Assembly (NCBI GenBank): GCA_041687095.1
Contig: JAWLCQ010000005.1
Coordinates: forward strand, 17,520 to 81,519
Reading direction: 5' to 3'
DNA length: 64,000 bases
Source of the DNA: Phycisphaerae bacterium
Lineage (GTDB): Bacteria; Planctomycetota; Phycisphaerae; SM23-33
The position numbers were made by a program, and so were the translations under genes. Of the stretch, positions 46,850 to 56,867 are shown one piece after another; positions within the stretch are counted from its first letter, which is position 1; every line of letters begins with the position of its first letter. The notes below the pieces were generated by a model. That model had not been told where the DNA came from, searched no databases, and worked only from the letters and a program-made list of their open reading frames with translations.

Positions 46850-47248
46850 CCTCCGCTCGCCGCGGTCCTGGCATCCCGCCGCGGGGCGAACGCCGCGGCG
46901 GAACGCAGTAAGTAATGCATTTACAGTTGTTTACATCAACGCCCCACCTCGGGGCCGCGACAGGATACCTCCACGGGCGGGGGGTGCAAGGGAATTCCGG
47001 GGGCGGAAGCGATGTAAGTGGTTGGGGGAGCATGCATTACTGCATGCACATCCCGCTTCGACTGGCATTGCTCTACGCTCAAGCGACCACAACTGCGTGC
47101 AAAACCTGTGTTGCGGGGTGGCCCGGGGTACTGGATAATGAGGTTTCTCCCGGCGCGTGTTGCGGTCTTTGCAGGGCGAGCAGCGATTCGGCTTCCAATA
47201 CAGCCAAGGGCGGGACAGGCGACGTCTCCGATGGGAAAGGAGCATCTG

Positions 47249-47977
47249 ATGGCATCAGCGGCGAAGCGGCCCAGACGAATGCCGCCGTCCCACGTACGAT
47301 TCCGGCTTCACCGCCGGCTATGGGAGTACCGCCTAGACGACCTGCGGGGATTTCTCAGGATCTCCGAAGCGGGGTTATCCTCCAAGTTCGAAGACTGGGG
47401 CGACTGGTACAAACGGCGTACAGAGGGGTTCTCCGATGAGGAGAAGCAGGAGTTCATCGACTTCTACTACGACGATCTGAGCATGGTCCGAGACACCGCT
47501 CCTAACCTTTTCCGACGATCAGCCTTCGTGATGACCGTCGGCTTTTTCGAGGCGTCCGTGGCGGACCTCTGCCGCCTCCTGCACGGTACTGGCTCCGTCC
47601 GCAGATCGCCGAAGCAAAAGTTGTACCTAGACGCATCACGGGAGTACCTCGTTGCGTGCGCGCAACTGCCGGACAGCCTGTTCGACGAGTGCTGGGACTA
47701 CTGCAAGCAGATCGAATACCTCCGAAATGCCATCATCCATAACAACGGCGAGATTCCCTCCACCGCCACAGGGTCACTTGGTGCTGCTGCGGAGAGCGCC
47801 AAATCCTTCGTTCGGGGGCACGCTCACGTGAGTCTCGACGACCATGGCGAAGTCGTTGTGGGGCCCCCATTCTGCGAGTCCGTTCTTGATCAGTATGAGC
47901 AGATCGTGCGTAGACTACTCGATGCGATCGAGGCGCACTACTTTCCCGCGGGGGTAGCCAGTGCCCCAGACGAGTGA
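47249..47977 (+). CDS. HEPN-like protein
   Basis: AAGGAG RBS; FFEAS...LRNAIIHNNG (R-x4-H). Confidence 0.7.
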   Translation: MASAAKRPRRMPPSHVRFRLHRRLWEYRLDDLRGFLRISEAGLSSKFEDWGDWYKRRTEGFSDEEKQEFIDFYYDDLSMVRDTAPNLFRRSAFVMTVGFFEASVADLCRLLHGTGSVRRSPKQKLYLDASREYLVACAQLPDSLFDECWDYCKQIEYLRNAIIHNNGEIPSTATGSLGAAAESAKSFVRGHAHVSLDDHGEVVVGPPFCESVLDQYEQIVRRLLDAIEAHYFPAGVASAPDE

Positions 47978-48060
47978 ACCTGCGATTTGCACACGCCGTG
48001 GGTGTCGTGTGGGTCCCGAGAACAACGGCTGCCGCCAAAGCTTGGCTCGCGAGAGGAGAT

Positions 48061-49392
48061 GTGTCCAACATGAAGCTGGTGTCCGGAGATTCTTTACATG
48101 GCAGCCGCGTCTATCTCACGGTCTTTGACCGGGTCACCTATTCTCAAGTCGCTTGGTCTGAACAGGAGGTGAAAGACATATGCAGGTCACTTGAGCGGAA
48201 CCTGAAGTTCGTCGTCCTGATCAAGGGCCACGTCGTGATTGCCGCATCACACCTCCTCGAGTCGGAGCTGGCCCAAGAGATACTGCTTCGGCATCCTCGG
48301 CTCTTCACAGAGGGGGTTGTGGTGCCGGCGCTGCGTTCGGAGTTCAGCAGCTTTGAAGGCTTTCTCGATGCGAAACTCGAAGTGCCTCGGAACGCGGCGG
48401 AGTATGGCAGGCCCGAGACACGAGCGACGGCCAAAGCACTGGATGGGATGGTCGCCTTGGCGACATGCTGGGACGTGAGCAGGACATCCTCTTGGTTTCA
48501 GCAGCGGATGGTGGCGGATCTACGAGACGAGGGCAGTCTGCTTCGTTCCTGTCTGCGTCAGAAACGCGTACTGATTGCTCCCGATGTGGCAGACCGGATC
48601 GCGGATGTGCCGCAGCTCAGCCGGGGCGATGTATACCAGATAGCCAAGGACACCCAGGACAAGCGCGTCTGGGACGTGCTCTCTAACTACGCAGACTTCA
48701 TCTATTACCTGTCTGGGGCGAAGGCCGTCCAGTCTGAAGGAGTCCTCCCCCAGGAGAACCTTCTGGATTTCAGCCTGTCCGACATGGCGGGGGGCAAGAC
48801 CAGCCTGTCGGACATGGAGGTCTTCTTCAAGATCTTTGTGGATCTAGTCAAGAGCGCCACCCACTCGCACTTCCCAGTGGAGGTCCTCGACGCATTGAGT
48901 ATCGAGGATGTTCTAGACCTGCACCGAGTGGCGATCGATGAGGCCTTCACCGAGAAGTACCACCGCATCCAGGAGAAGACAAAGGAAGGGCTGTCCCTGC
49001 AAGATCCAGAACGCCTCGTGCTGCTGATGCACGAGCTGGAGCAGTATGAACACGATCTGCGTGCGCAGTACCGGCGGGCGGTCGAAGCGGAACTGCCGGG
49101 CCATCTGCGGGACCAGACCGTCTCTTCCGTCGGCGAACTGCTCAACGCGATAGCATCGCTCCTGATTCCTGGGTACGGGATACCAGGAGATGCCAGGGAT
49201 ATCTTGGTTTCCGGATTGTCGCTTGCTGGCGGACGCCGTCTCTCGGCGTCCATACAGCAGCGGATCGATGGATGCGTGCGAGCCCTCAGAGCGGTCACCG
49301 ATCGCCACAGCATGCAGGCGCACCCAGTACTCCTGCGGTTCATGCAGGATATCTGCCGGAAGTATTCGGAGAAGCTGCTGGGGGGCAGTTGA
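48061..49392 (+). CDS. Hypothetical protein
   Basis: GAGGAG RBS before GTG; long ORF; weakly hydrophobic C-terminal hairpin. Confidence 0.75.
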   Translation: MSNMKLVSGDSLHGSRVYLTVFDRVTYSQVAWSEQEVKDICRSLERNLKFVVLIKGHVVIAASHLLESELAQEILLRHPRLFTEGVVVPALRSEFSSFEGFLDAKLEVPRNAAEYGRPETRATAKALDGMVALATCWDVSRTSSWFQQRMVADLRDEGSLLRSCLRQKRVLIAPDVADRIADVPQLSRGDVYQIAKDTQDKRVWDVLSNYADFIYYLSGAKAVQSEGVLPQENLLDFSLSDMAGGKTSLSDMEVFFKIFVDLVKSATHSHFPVEVLDALSIEDVLDLHRVAIDEAFTEKYHRIQEKTKEGLSLQDPERLVLLMHELEQYEHDLRAQYRRAVEAELPGHLRDQTVSSVGELLNAIASLLIPGYGIPGDARDILVSGLSLAGGRRLSASIQQRIDGCVRALRAVTDRHSMQAHPVLLRFMQDICRKYSEKLLGGS

Positions 49393-49635
49393 CGGCGGAA
49401 GATTGAGACAACAAGGCCAACGCGGACTCAGCATACGCAGACCAGCGTGCCACGTTCGTAACCGCAGGGATAGCTTCGTCATCGTGGCCGACCGAGAAGG
49501 CGTAAGCCGCGCGTTCCAGAGGCATGTGAAAGCAACCAGTTCGTGCTGCCGCCTGACCTGGAGCGGTCGCACCGGTGACGTTCGGAAGAGCTGCGTCCAA
49601 CGAGGTGCTGGGCGCAGGTAACTCGGGAGAAGTCC

Positions 49636-49911
49636 ATGAGCGACATGAACATGAAGAAGCTGTATGTCTGGCGGCTCGGCGCGTTTCTGAGCGAGCAGGG
49701 CATGACCATGTCGGGCGAGGAGCTTGCCGCTCACCTGAATCGCAACCAGTTCCTAACCAGCTACGGAACTGCGTACACGGGCAAGCGAGGTACATACAAA
49801 CTCATCCGCGAGAGTTATTCCTGGGTACACGACGAACTTGGACTGCCGGAGGAGGCCGAGAAGATCGCCATGGCGTTCGTGAAGCCCGACGGATCTCGCC
49901 CATGGGAATGA
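49636..49911 (+). CDS. Small hypothetical protein
   Basis: GGGAG RBS; ELAAHLNRN..TSYG..Y (recombinase-HTH-like). Confidence 0.7.
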   Translation: MSDMNMKKLYVWRLGAFLSEQGMTMSGEELAAHLNRNQFLTSYGTAYTGKRGTYKLIRESYSWVHDELGLPEEAEKIAMAFVKPDGSRPWE

Positions 49912-50090
49912 GGCGTGGCCAAGCGATGGAGGAAGGTCTCTTTCCCACGGGGCAGGTCGCCGCTGCCGGGTGATTATTCCCGTGCTGGGAGGAACGGTGA
50001 CCGCCACGCCATCACATGGGCCATCGGTCTTCGTCGCTATGCTTATCCGGGAAGGCACTGCGATCACACGAGCACGAAAGGGGCACCACC

Positions 50091-51092
50091 ATGGGGCGCG
50101 GGGGTCCGGTACGGCGGCAGTGGGAACTGATCCGGGTGCTCCACAGCCACCGCTTCGGCGTGGCGACGGAGGAGCTGGCGAAGGAACTGGGGGTGGGCGT
50201 GCGGACGGTGCTGCGGGATCTGGCGGTCCTGCGGGACCTCGTGCCGCTCCGCCACGACACGCGGGCGCGGGGCAAGCGGTACTGGATGCTGGATGACGAG
50301 GCGCTGGGCACCTGCGCGCTGCAGCCGACGCTGACGGAGATGCTGAGCCTGTGCCTCTGCCAGCAGTTCCTCCGGCCCCTGGGGGGCACGGAGTTCGGGG
50401 ACGGGCTGTCGGCCCTGGTCGAGAGGGTGCGGACGGTAGTGCCGGCGGGGACGCTGGCGCACTTCGAGAGCCTGCAGGAGTCCTTCCACGTCAAGAACGT
50501 CGCCGGGCACGACTACTCCGGCCAGAGCGAGCACATCCGTTCGCTCAACGAGGCGATCCGCGACCAGCGGGTCGTGCGGATCGCCTACTGGTCGGCAAGC
50601 GAGGGCCGCCAGATCGACAGCGAGTTCCACCCCTACGGGATGCTCTTCCTGGGCACCTCGCCCTACTGCGTGGGCCACATGGCGTGCTGCGACGCGCTGC
50701 GGACGCTGAAGCTGGCCCGGCTGCGGGACCTTGCGGTCCTGGAGACGACCTTCGACAAGCCCCCCCACTTCTCCCTGCCGGCTCAGTTCGAGGGAACATT
50801 CGGGGTCTTCCACGCCCAGGCCCCACAGCGCATCCGCGTCGAGTTCACCGGCTGGGCGGCGACGAACGTGCGGGAGATGCAATGGCACCCGTCCCAGCGG
50901 ATCACGCGGGGGACGGGGGACACCGTGGAGGCCACGTTCGATCTGGGCAGCACGGTGGAGTTCAAGCGGTGGCTGCTGGGCTTCGGCCCCTGCGCCCGCG
51001 TGCTGGCGCCGGATTCGCTCGCACGGGAGATTCAGGGCGATCTCGCGCTGTCGATGGAGGGGTACGGACACGCTCGCTCGCCTGCGGCGTAA
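50091..51092 (+). CDS. WYL-domain transcriptional regulator (wHTH-WYL-WCX)
   Basis: ELAKELGVGVRTVLRDL; FHPY..YCVG..LRTLKLAR; WHPSQ; WLLGFG. Confidence 0.93.
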   Translation: MGRGGPVRRQWELIRVLHSHRFGVATEELAKELGVGVRTVLRDLAVLRDLVPLRHDTRARGKRYWMLDDEALGTCALQPTLTEMLSLCLCQQFLRPLGGTEFGDGLSALVERVRTVVPAGTLAHFESLQESFHVKNVAGHDYSGQSEHIRSLNEAIRDQRVVRIAYWSASEGRQIDSEFHPYGMLFLGTSPYCVGHMACCDALRTLKLARLRDLAVLETTFDKPPHFSLPAQFEGTFGVFHAQAPQRIRVEFTGWAATNVREMQWHPSQRITRGTGDTVEATFDLGSTVEFKRWLLGFGPCARVLAPDSLAREIQGDLALSMEGYGHARSPAA

Positions 51093-51183
51093 GCGCTACT
51101 GGGCACGTGGCGCGCGCCGTGGCGCAGGATTCGTGCGCGACGCAAGAATTTCTGCGAAAAACCCCTCCCTTCCGGCCAGGTCC

Positions 51184-51214
51184 GTCCATTCCTGACAGGG
51201 TCGTTCCTTATGCT
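51184..51214 (+). promoter_or_regulatory. WYL/PafBC-like box: GTCC-N5-TGACAG-N10-TATGCT
   Basis: Near-palindrome plus -10 upstream of the ATPase. Confidence 0.45.
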
Positions 51215-51254
51215 GATTTCAAGATCGAACTGACTCAGCATAAAGGGTATACCC

Positions 51255-53126
51255 ATGAGCGAGACCAGGCGGTTCTTTCGGCTGAGGTCGCTGTCGATCC
51301 TCGGGGGGTTCCTGGACGGGCTGGAGCTGGAGTTCGCCGAGGGGCTCAACTGCCTCATCGGCCACCGGGGCACGGGCAAGACGACGGTGCTGGAATTCAT
51401 CCGCTACGCCTTGGACGCTTTTCCTCCAGGCGAGGCGGGAGCGGCGTCCCGAAGGCGGGTGTGCGGGATCGTCCGCGCGAACCTCGACGACGGCCGCATC
51501 CGCCTGATCGTCGAGACGGGCGAGGGGGCGTGCTACGTCATCGAGCGTCGGGCGGACTCGGCCCCCCTCGTCCGAACGCCCGAGGGCGACCGCACCGATA
51601 TCGAGGTCCACCCGGGCGGAACCTTCCATGCGGACATCCTCAGCCACGGCGGGATCGAGCAACTCGCGGACGATCCCGAGGCCCTGCTCGCCCGGATCGA
51701 TGCGTTCGCCCCCGAGGGGATCGCCGAGGTCCAGGCGCAGATCGCCGATGTGCGGGCGGATCTCGACGCCAACGCCCGCGTGATCCTGCCCTTGGAGGAG
51801 GCGCAGGGGCGCGGGGCCGCGGAGCTGGGGGCGGTGGTGGCCGTGGACCATAGGATACGGGATCTTGCCCGGGCCGGCGGGCCGGGGGGCGAGGAGATCG
51901 GCCGGGCCCAGCAGCGCCGCTCCCAGCGCCAGCGACAGGCCCAGGCGCTTCAGGCGGCGTGCCGACTGCTGCGCCAGTACGCCGACTGGCTGGGCGAGGG
52001 CCGGGGTCGGTTCGCCGACAGCGTCGCGGCCCTGTTCCCCGACGAGCTTCTCGACGGCCCCAGCGGCCCGATCCTTCGGCGGGTCCGCCAGCGACTGGAG
52101 GAGTTGGGCGGGCGGATGGACGACCACATCACGCGGGCGGCGTCGCTCCTGGCGGCCGAGCAGCAGCGGCTGTCGGAGGATACCCGGGCACTGGCGGAGG
52201 CCTACGAGGGCGAGGAGCGGGCGTTCTGGGACCTGGTGGAACGCTGCGACGGGCCCCAGGAACCGGAGTGGGAGTGCACGCGAAGCGGTCTGCTCGCCCG
52301 ACAGAAGCGCTACGCCGAGACCGCCGGGCTCCTGGCGGAGCTGTGGCATCGCCGGGCGCAGCTGAGCGATCGACTCAGTGCCCTGCGGGACCGGCGCTAC
52401 CGCCTGCGGCGGCAGGCGGCCCAGCGGATCACGCAGGCCCTGGGGCTGCCCATCCGCGTGGACGTCGAGCAGGCGGGCAACCGCGAGTGCTACATGCGGC
52501 TGCTGTCGGAGGCCCTGCGCCAGGCGGCGGTAAAGCATCGCGACCTCGCCCAGCGCATGGCCGAGCGGATGTCGCCCCGGGACATCGCGGCGTTCCTGCG
52601 GGACGGCGACAGCGAGGCGCTGCGGAGCTGCGCGAACCTCTCGGAGGTTCAGGCGGCGCGGGTTGCGGGGGCGCTGCGGGACCCGGCGCTGCTGCTGCGC
52701 CTGGAGGCCGTCGAACTGCCCGATCGGCCCCGGCTGCAGATGCGCCTCGGCGACACGTGGCGGGACGCCGAGTCGCTGTCCACCGGCCGCAAGTGCACGC
52801 TCGTCCTGCCGATCGTGCTGCTGGAGGGCGAGAACCCCCTGCTGCTGGATCAGCCCGAGGACAACCTCGACACCGGCTTCATCTACGACATCGTCGTCGC
52901 GGGGCTCCGCCGCGCGAAGGTCCGTCGCCAGATTGTCTTGGCCACCCACAACTCCAACATCCCTGTCCTGGGGGAGGCGGAGCGGGTGTTCGTCCTGGCG
53001 TGCGAGGACCATCATGCCAACCTTTCGTGCGCGGGCAGCGTACAGGAGTGCATGGGCGAGATCCTGCACCTGCTCGAAGGCGGGGAGGAAGCCTTCGCCC
53101 GACGCCAGGAAAGGTACCGCTGCTGA
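51255..53126 (+). CDS. SMC/ABC-type ATPase (TrlF-like, no PHP domain)
   Basis: GHRGTGKTT, coiled coil, LSTGRK signature, LLDQPEDNLD, ATHN. Confidence 0.9.
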   Translation: MSETRRFFRLRSLSILGGFLDGLELEFAEGLNCLIGHRGTGKTTVLEFIRYALDAFPPGEAGAASRRRVCGIVRANLDDGRIRLIVETGEGACYVIERRADSAPLVRTPEGDRTDIEVHPGGTFHADILSHGGIEQLADDPEALLARIDAFAPEGIAEVQAQIADVRADLDANARVILPLEEAQGRGAAELGAVVAVDHRIRDLARAGGPGGEEIGRAQQRRSQRQRQAQALQAACRLLRQYADWLGEGRGRFADSVAALFPDELLDGPSGPILRRVRQRLEELGGRMDDHITRAASLLAAEQQRLSEDTRALAEAYEGEERAFWDLVERCDGPQEPEWECTRSGLLARQKRYAETAGLLAELWHRRAQLSDRLSALRDRRYRLRRQAAQRITQALGLPIRVDVEQAGNRECYMRLLSEALRQAAVKHRDLAQRMAERMSPRDIAAFLRDGDSEALRSCANLSEVQAARVAGALRDPALLLRLEAVELPDRPRLQMRLGDTWRDAESLSTGRKCTLVLPIVLLEGENPLLLDQPEDNLDTGFIYDIVVAGLRRAKVRRQIVLATHNSNIPVLGEAERVFVLACEDHHANLSCAGSVQECMGEILHLLEGGEEAFARRQERYRC

Positions 53127-54268
53127 TGCATCCATGGATGGAGAGGCTCCAACGGCTCAGGGATGGGCACATGGAGCACTGGCGCGAGCGCCTGGCGATG
53201 GCGGAGGAACTCCTGGCCGCCGCGCGGAGCGGGACACTGCCGCCGGACTCGGACGCAATCGAGGAGTTGCTCCTCCGCCTGGCGGCCGACGACAAGTGGG
53301 AGGTCCGCCAGGCCGTCGCCCGCGGGCTCGGGCTCATTGACCATCCCGCTGGCGAGGAGATCGCCCAGCGGCTCTCGGAGGACGGCAACGCCTTCGTCTG
53401 CGGGGCCGCGAAGCTCAGCTCCGATCGCCTCCGCGCCCGTAGGCGTCAGCAGCAGGCGCAGGAGGCCCGCCAGCGGCGAATGCGCCGGCGGCGGGAGGAG
53501 CTCCGCTCCGCCGGCGGCGAGGACGCGGTTCGATTGGCGCTGGCCGACAGCGACGCCCGCTTCTCGCATCTGGCCGCCGGGCTCGTCCACGACGCCCAGA
53601 GCATCCTGGGCTACATCAAGCCCCCGGCGACGCGGATGCAGCATCTGGCGACGGACCCCGCCCTGCGGCGGCAGGCCGATCGGATCCTCGACGGCGTCGA
53701 GCACCTCCAGCAGTGCGTGCTGGACGTGGCGGCCTACAGCGGGCCGGTGCCCCTGGATCTGGCGCCCGAGGACCTGTCGGAGGTGCTGGCCGACGCCTGC
53801 GAGATCGCCAGGCGAAGCGTGGAGTCCGAGGGGCTCGATCCGGCAGATGTGACGCTTCGCCTCCGGGTGCCCAAGTCCCTGCCCGCCCGCCTGTCTCGCC
53901 CCGCCATCGTCCTGGCCGTCGTGAACCTGGTGAAGAACGCCTACGAGTCGTTCCTCCTGGGTGATGGGACGCTGGGGGCGGGCGAGATCGACGTCGAGGC
54001 GTCGGGCGAGGGCGAGTCGCTTCGCATCGCCATCCGCGACGGCGGCTGCGGACTGGCGCAGGAGGAGCTGGAGGAACTGATGCTCCTCGTCCCCCGCCGC
54101 CGCAACAAGCGAAAGCCCCGCTCCACCGGCTACGGCCTGCCCATCGCCGTGCGGTACGTCGAGGCCCACGGGGGCATCGTCGCGTTCGAGAGCGTTCGGG
54201 GCGTCGGCACCACTGTCACTCTCACACTGCCCCGCCGCTCGGGGCGCAAGAGCGAGGAGGCCGCGTAA
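53126..54268 (+). CDS. Cytoplasmic histidine kinase with N-terminal HEAT repeats
   Basis: LAADDKWEVRQAVA / LSEDGNAFV HEAT units; VHDA H-box; NLVKNA, DGGCG, GYGL boxes. Confidence 0.85.
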   Translation: MHPWMERLQRLRDGHMEHWRERLAMAEELLAAARSGTLPPDSDAIEELLLRLAADDKWEVRQAVARGLGLIDHPAGEEIAQRLSEDGNAFVCGAAKLSSDRLRARRRQQQAQEARQRRMRRRREELRSAGGEDAVRLALADSDARFSHLAAGLVHDAQSILGYIKPPATRMQHLATDPALRRQADRILDGVEHLQQCVLDVAAYSGPVPLDLAPEDLSEVLADACEIARRSVESEGLDPADVTLRLRVPKSLPARLSRPAIVLAVVNLVKNAYESFLLGDGTLGAGEIDVEASGEGESLRIAIRDGGCGLAQEELEELMLLVPRRRNKRKPRSTGYGLPIAVRYVEAHGGIVAFESVRGVGTTVTLTLPRRSGRKSEEAA

Positions 54269-55473
54269 TGGTGGCAGCAGCGACGCGGGCGCTGGTCGTC
54301 GAGGACGATCTAAAGATGCGGACGGAGATCGAGGATGTCCTGGCCCTGCTGGGCCACGAGCACGACTGGGCCGAATGCCAGCAGGAGGCGTACGCGCTGC
54401 TCCAGCGCCAGCAGTATTCCTACGTCTTGGCGGACCTGGAGATCCCCGCACGCCCTGACAGCAAGGTCACGCGGATCGAGTACGGCGCGGAGTTCATCGG
54501 CCAAATCCAGCGCCTCAAGGGCCGCGGGGCCGTGCCCGTGATCGTCATGACCGCCCACGCCGTGGAGGGGCTGAACCTCTCCAGCCACCTGGGCCACCTG
54601 GGCGTGCTGGAGTTCATCACCAAACCCTTCAGCGATCGGCCCATGGACCGCACGCTGGCGAAGGTGATCCAGGAGGTGCTGCATCGCCACCGCGGGATGT
54701 GCCCGCCGGGCGCCCTGCCGGGCGAGGAGCCGCGGGAGTTCCGGGGCGGCTCCCTGGCGTACTACGCGACGCACGTCGAGCTGTGCGGGATCGTCCTGCT
54801 GGAGTGCGACGCCATCGGCCATAGCTGGAGCGTGATGCAGGCCCTCCGCACCCCGCGGACCAGCGGGCTGCTGCCGCACCTCAGCGGGCCGAGGCTCGCG
54901 CGGGCCGTGGACCCCAGCGGCCAGCTCAGCGAGAACGCCATCGCCTCGTGCGTGCACCACCTGCGGGGGCGGTTCGCCCACACGATGCTGGAGCGGGCGA
55001 ACGTGCTCGTCGGCCGCGAGGGCGTCATTGCAAATGGCAACCGCGGCTACCACCTGGCGCCGTGGCTGGGGATCGAGAGTTATGATGGCCCGCTCATCGG
55101 GGCGGCGTCAGCCCACGTGCCCACCATCACCGGCCCGGGGACACAGGCGGGGCAGAGCCCCACCGTCCTGGACTGCCCCGCCGTGACTCCGCACGAGCCC
55201 CCCACCGCTCCCACTGTCCCTGGGGCCGCCATCCCAAGGCCGAACGATGCTCCGCAGTTCCACCTCGCTCCCCTACCCGAGCGCCAGCAGTGGATCTGGG
55301 AGCAGGTGCTCGCCGGGGTGAAGCTGGAGCGCGCCATGGTGCAGCGGCACTTCGGCATCAGCGAAAAGCAGGCCAAGCGCGAGCTCGCCGCCCTGTCCGC
55401 CCGCGGACTCATCGAGTTCCGCCGGAAGCCGCATCCGGGGTTCTACGTGCTGGCGCAGCAGCAAGATGCCTAG
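54268..55473 (+). CDS. Response regulator with C-terminal HTH domains
   Basis: VVEDD, LADLEIP, MTAH, FITKP; wHTH (NRGYHL); terminal HTH (FGISEKQAKREL). Confidence 0.87.
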   Translation: MVAAATRALVVEDDLKMRTEIEDVLALLGHEHDWAECQQEAYALLQRQQYSYVLADLEIPARPDSKVTRIEYGAEFIGQIQRLKGRGAVPVIVMTAHAVEGLNLSSHLGHLGVLEFITKPFSDRPMDRTLAKVIQEVLHRHRGMCPPGALPGEEPREFRGGSLAYYATHVELCGIVLLECDAIGHSWSVMQALRTPRTSGLLPHLSGPRLARAVDPSGQLSENAIASCVHHLRGRFAHTMLERANVLVGREGVIANGNRGYHLAPWLGIESYDGPLIGAASAHVPTITGPGTQAGQSPTVLDCPAVTPHEPPTAPTVPGAAIPRPNDAPQFHLAPLPERQQWIWEQVLAGVKLERAMVQRHFGISEKQAKRELAALSARGLIEFRRKPHPGFYVLAQQQDA

Positions 55474-55481
55474 CAGATCCC

Positions 55482-56867
55482 TCAGATACCCGCCTTACCG
55501 ATGTGGCTGCTGCATGCGAGGTCCAGGCTCCCCCATCTGCGTCCTGAGTTGATCCTGCGACGTACGCCCTCGCCGAGGATACCTGCACAGCCGATCTGGC
55601 AGCTGCACCTGCCGGAGCGGACGATACCATTGGACGAGTTGAATAGCACTCGCCACAGGTTCCGATCCCCCTGGGCCAGATCACCAGACATGAGACGATA
55701 CAGGCCGTTCATCAGCAGAAAGCCCGCCGTGCCCGAAAGGAACGGAAGCGCGGCATCCGTCGAGCGGCTCCCGCTGCCATGGAGCGGAACAACGGAGCAT
55801 TCCAGCTTCACCCCCTCTTCCTTGACTGGCATGCGGCACGTGATGCAGTCGTCACGGCCGGCGATGTGGCGGTGGAGTTGGGCCTCCCATGTGAGCGATG
55901 TCGTGGCGTGAAGGAGCACGGGCTCTCCCCTCTGGGAGATCAGGGCCCGAACGCCCCGCTCGTTTGCCAGCGGCAGGATCAGGTCCGGCCGAAAGTGCTC
56001 GTGATCCAATCCGTCGAACCACCGTTCGATTGGCGCGGCGCCGAACAGATCCCCGGCCACCACGGCCTTAGGACGGCACTGCCCATCGGGCCAGCCCGCG
56101 TCCGCGGGTACCATCCCCAGCGATCGGTTCGTGTTGTGAAGCTTCACGGAATCTCGGTCAACGACCTGCCACGTACCGCGGATGCCACTTTGCCGCAGCC
56201 AGTAGGCAAGGGCAGACCCCACTCCCCCAGCGCCGATCATAGCGACATCACCGACATCCACCGGCCCCAGGTTCTCTGGACCGCGTGCCGCCTCCGGCCC
56301 CTGCGTTAGGCTCCACGCGGATACCTCCAGAGGAAGCACCGGTTTCCCAACTACCTGCTTGAAGAGGGCCGCGGACGCAATGCACGCGGCAAGGGGTGCT
56401 CCGAGGGAGAACCCATCGCCAGCGACGATCGGCGACGAGGCGGGGGCCAGCCTTACCAGGCCCCCATCGGTCCCAACGTGCCAGGGAATCACGCCCGGTC
56501 CTCCGGCACCAACGGCTACCCCCGGCAAGGAGCCCATCGGGGCCCGGAGTTGCAGGTGGAGGAAGGGATCGATGGCGTGGGCCATCGACTCCATCGCCTC
56601 AGATAGGGTCGCATGATCGCCGCATTCCGCCCCCAGCATCGCCCGCGGAGCCAACAGCGGCACCTTCGGGCAGATAAGGAAGACTCGACGGTGCACGCGA
56701 GCGACCATGTTCATCGTCGCCATCGCGGTCAGCTGGCCGACGGGGGAGTCGGCGGCATCGTCTCCGATACGGAGAACGACTGGCTGCTCCAGGTACGCGT
56801 CCTCCTGTCCAAGGTATTCCCGCGTGCGCTGGTCCCTCTCCAGGTAGAAGTCCTCTCGATCGCCCAT
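55482..56867 (-). CDS. bilD: E1-like (ThiF) ubiquitin-activating enzyme, BilD-like
   Basis: IGAGGVGS, DRDSVKLHNTNR, CITC, candidate catalytic Cys in LECS; degenerate N-terminal adenylation-like domain. Confidence 0.85.
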   Translation of the reverse strand: MGDREDFYLERDQRTREYLGQEDAYLEQPVVLRIGDDAADSPVGQLTAMATMNMVARVHRRVFLICPKVPLLAPRAMLGAECGDHATLSEAMESMAHAIDPFLHLQLRAPMGSLPGVAVGAGGPGVIPWHVGTDGGLVRLAPASSPIVAGDGFSLGAPLAACIASAALFKQVVGKPVLPLEVSAWSLTQGPEAARGPENLGPVDVGDVAMIGAGGVGSALAYWLRQSGIRGTWQVVDRDSVKLHNTNRSLGMVPADAGWPDGQCRPKAVVAGDLFGAAPIERWFDGLDHEHFRPDLILPLANERGVRALISQRGEPVLLHATTSLTWEAQLHRHIAGRDDCITCRMPVKEEGVKLECSVVPLHGSGSRSTDAALPFLSGTAGFLLMNGLYRLMSGDLAQGDRNLWRVLFNSSNGIVRSGRCSCQIGCAGILGEGVRRRINSGRRWGSLDLACSSHIGKAGI

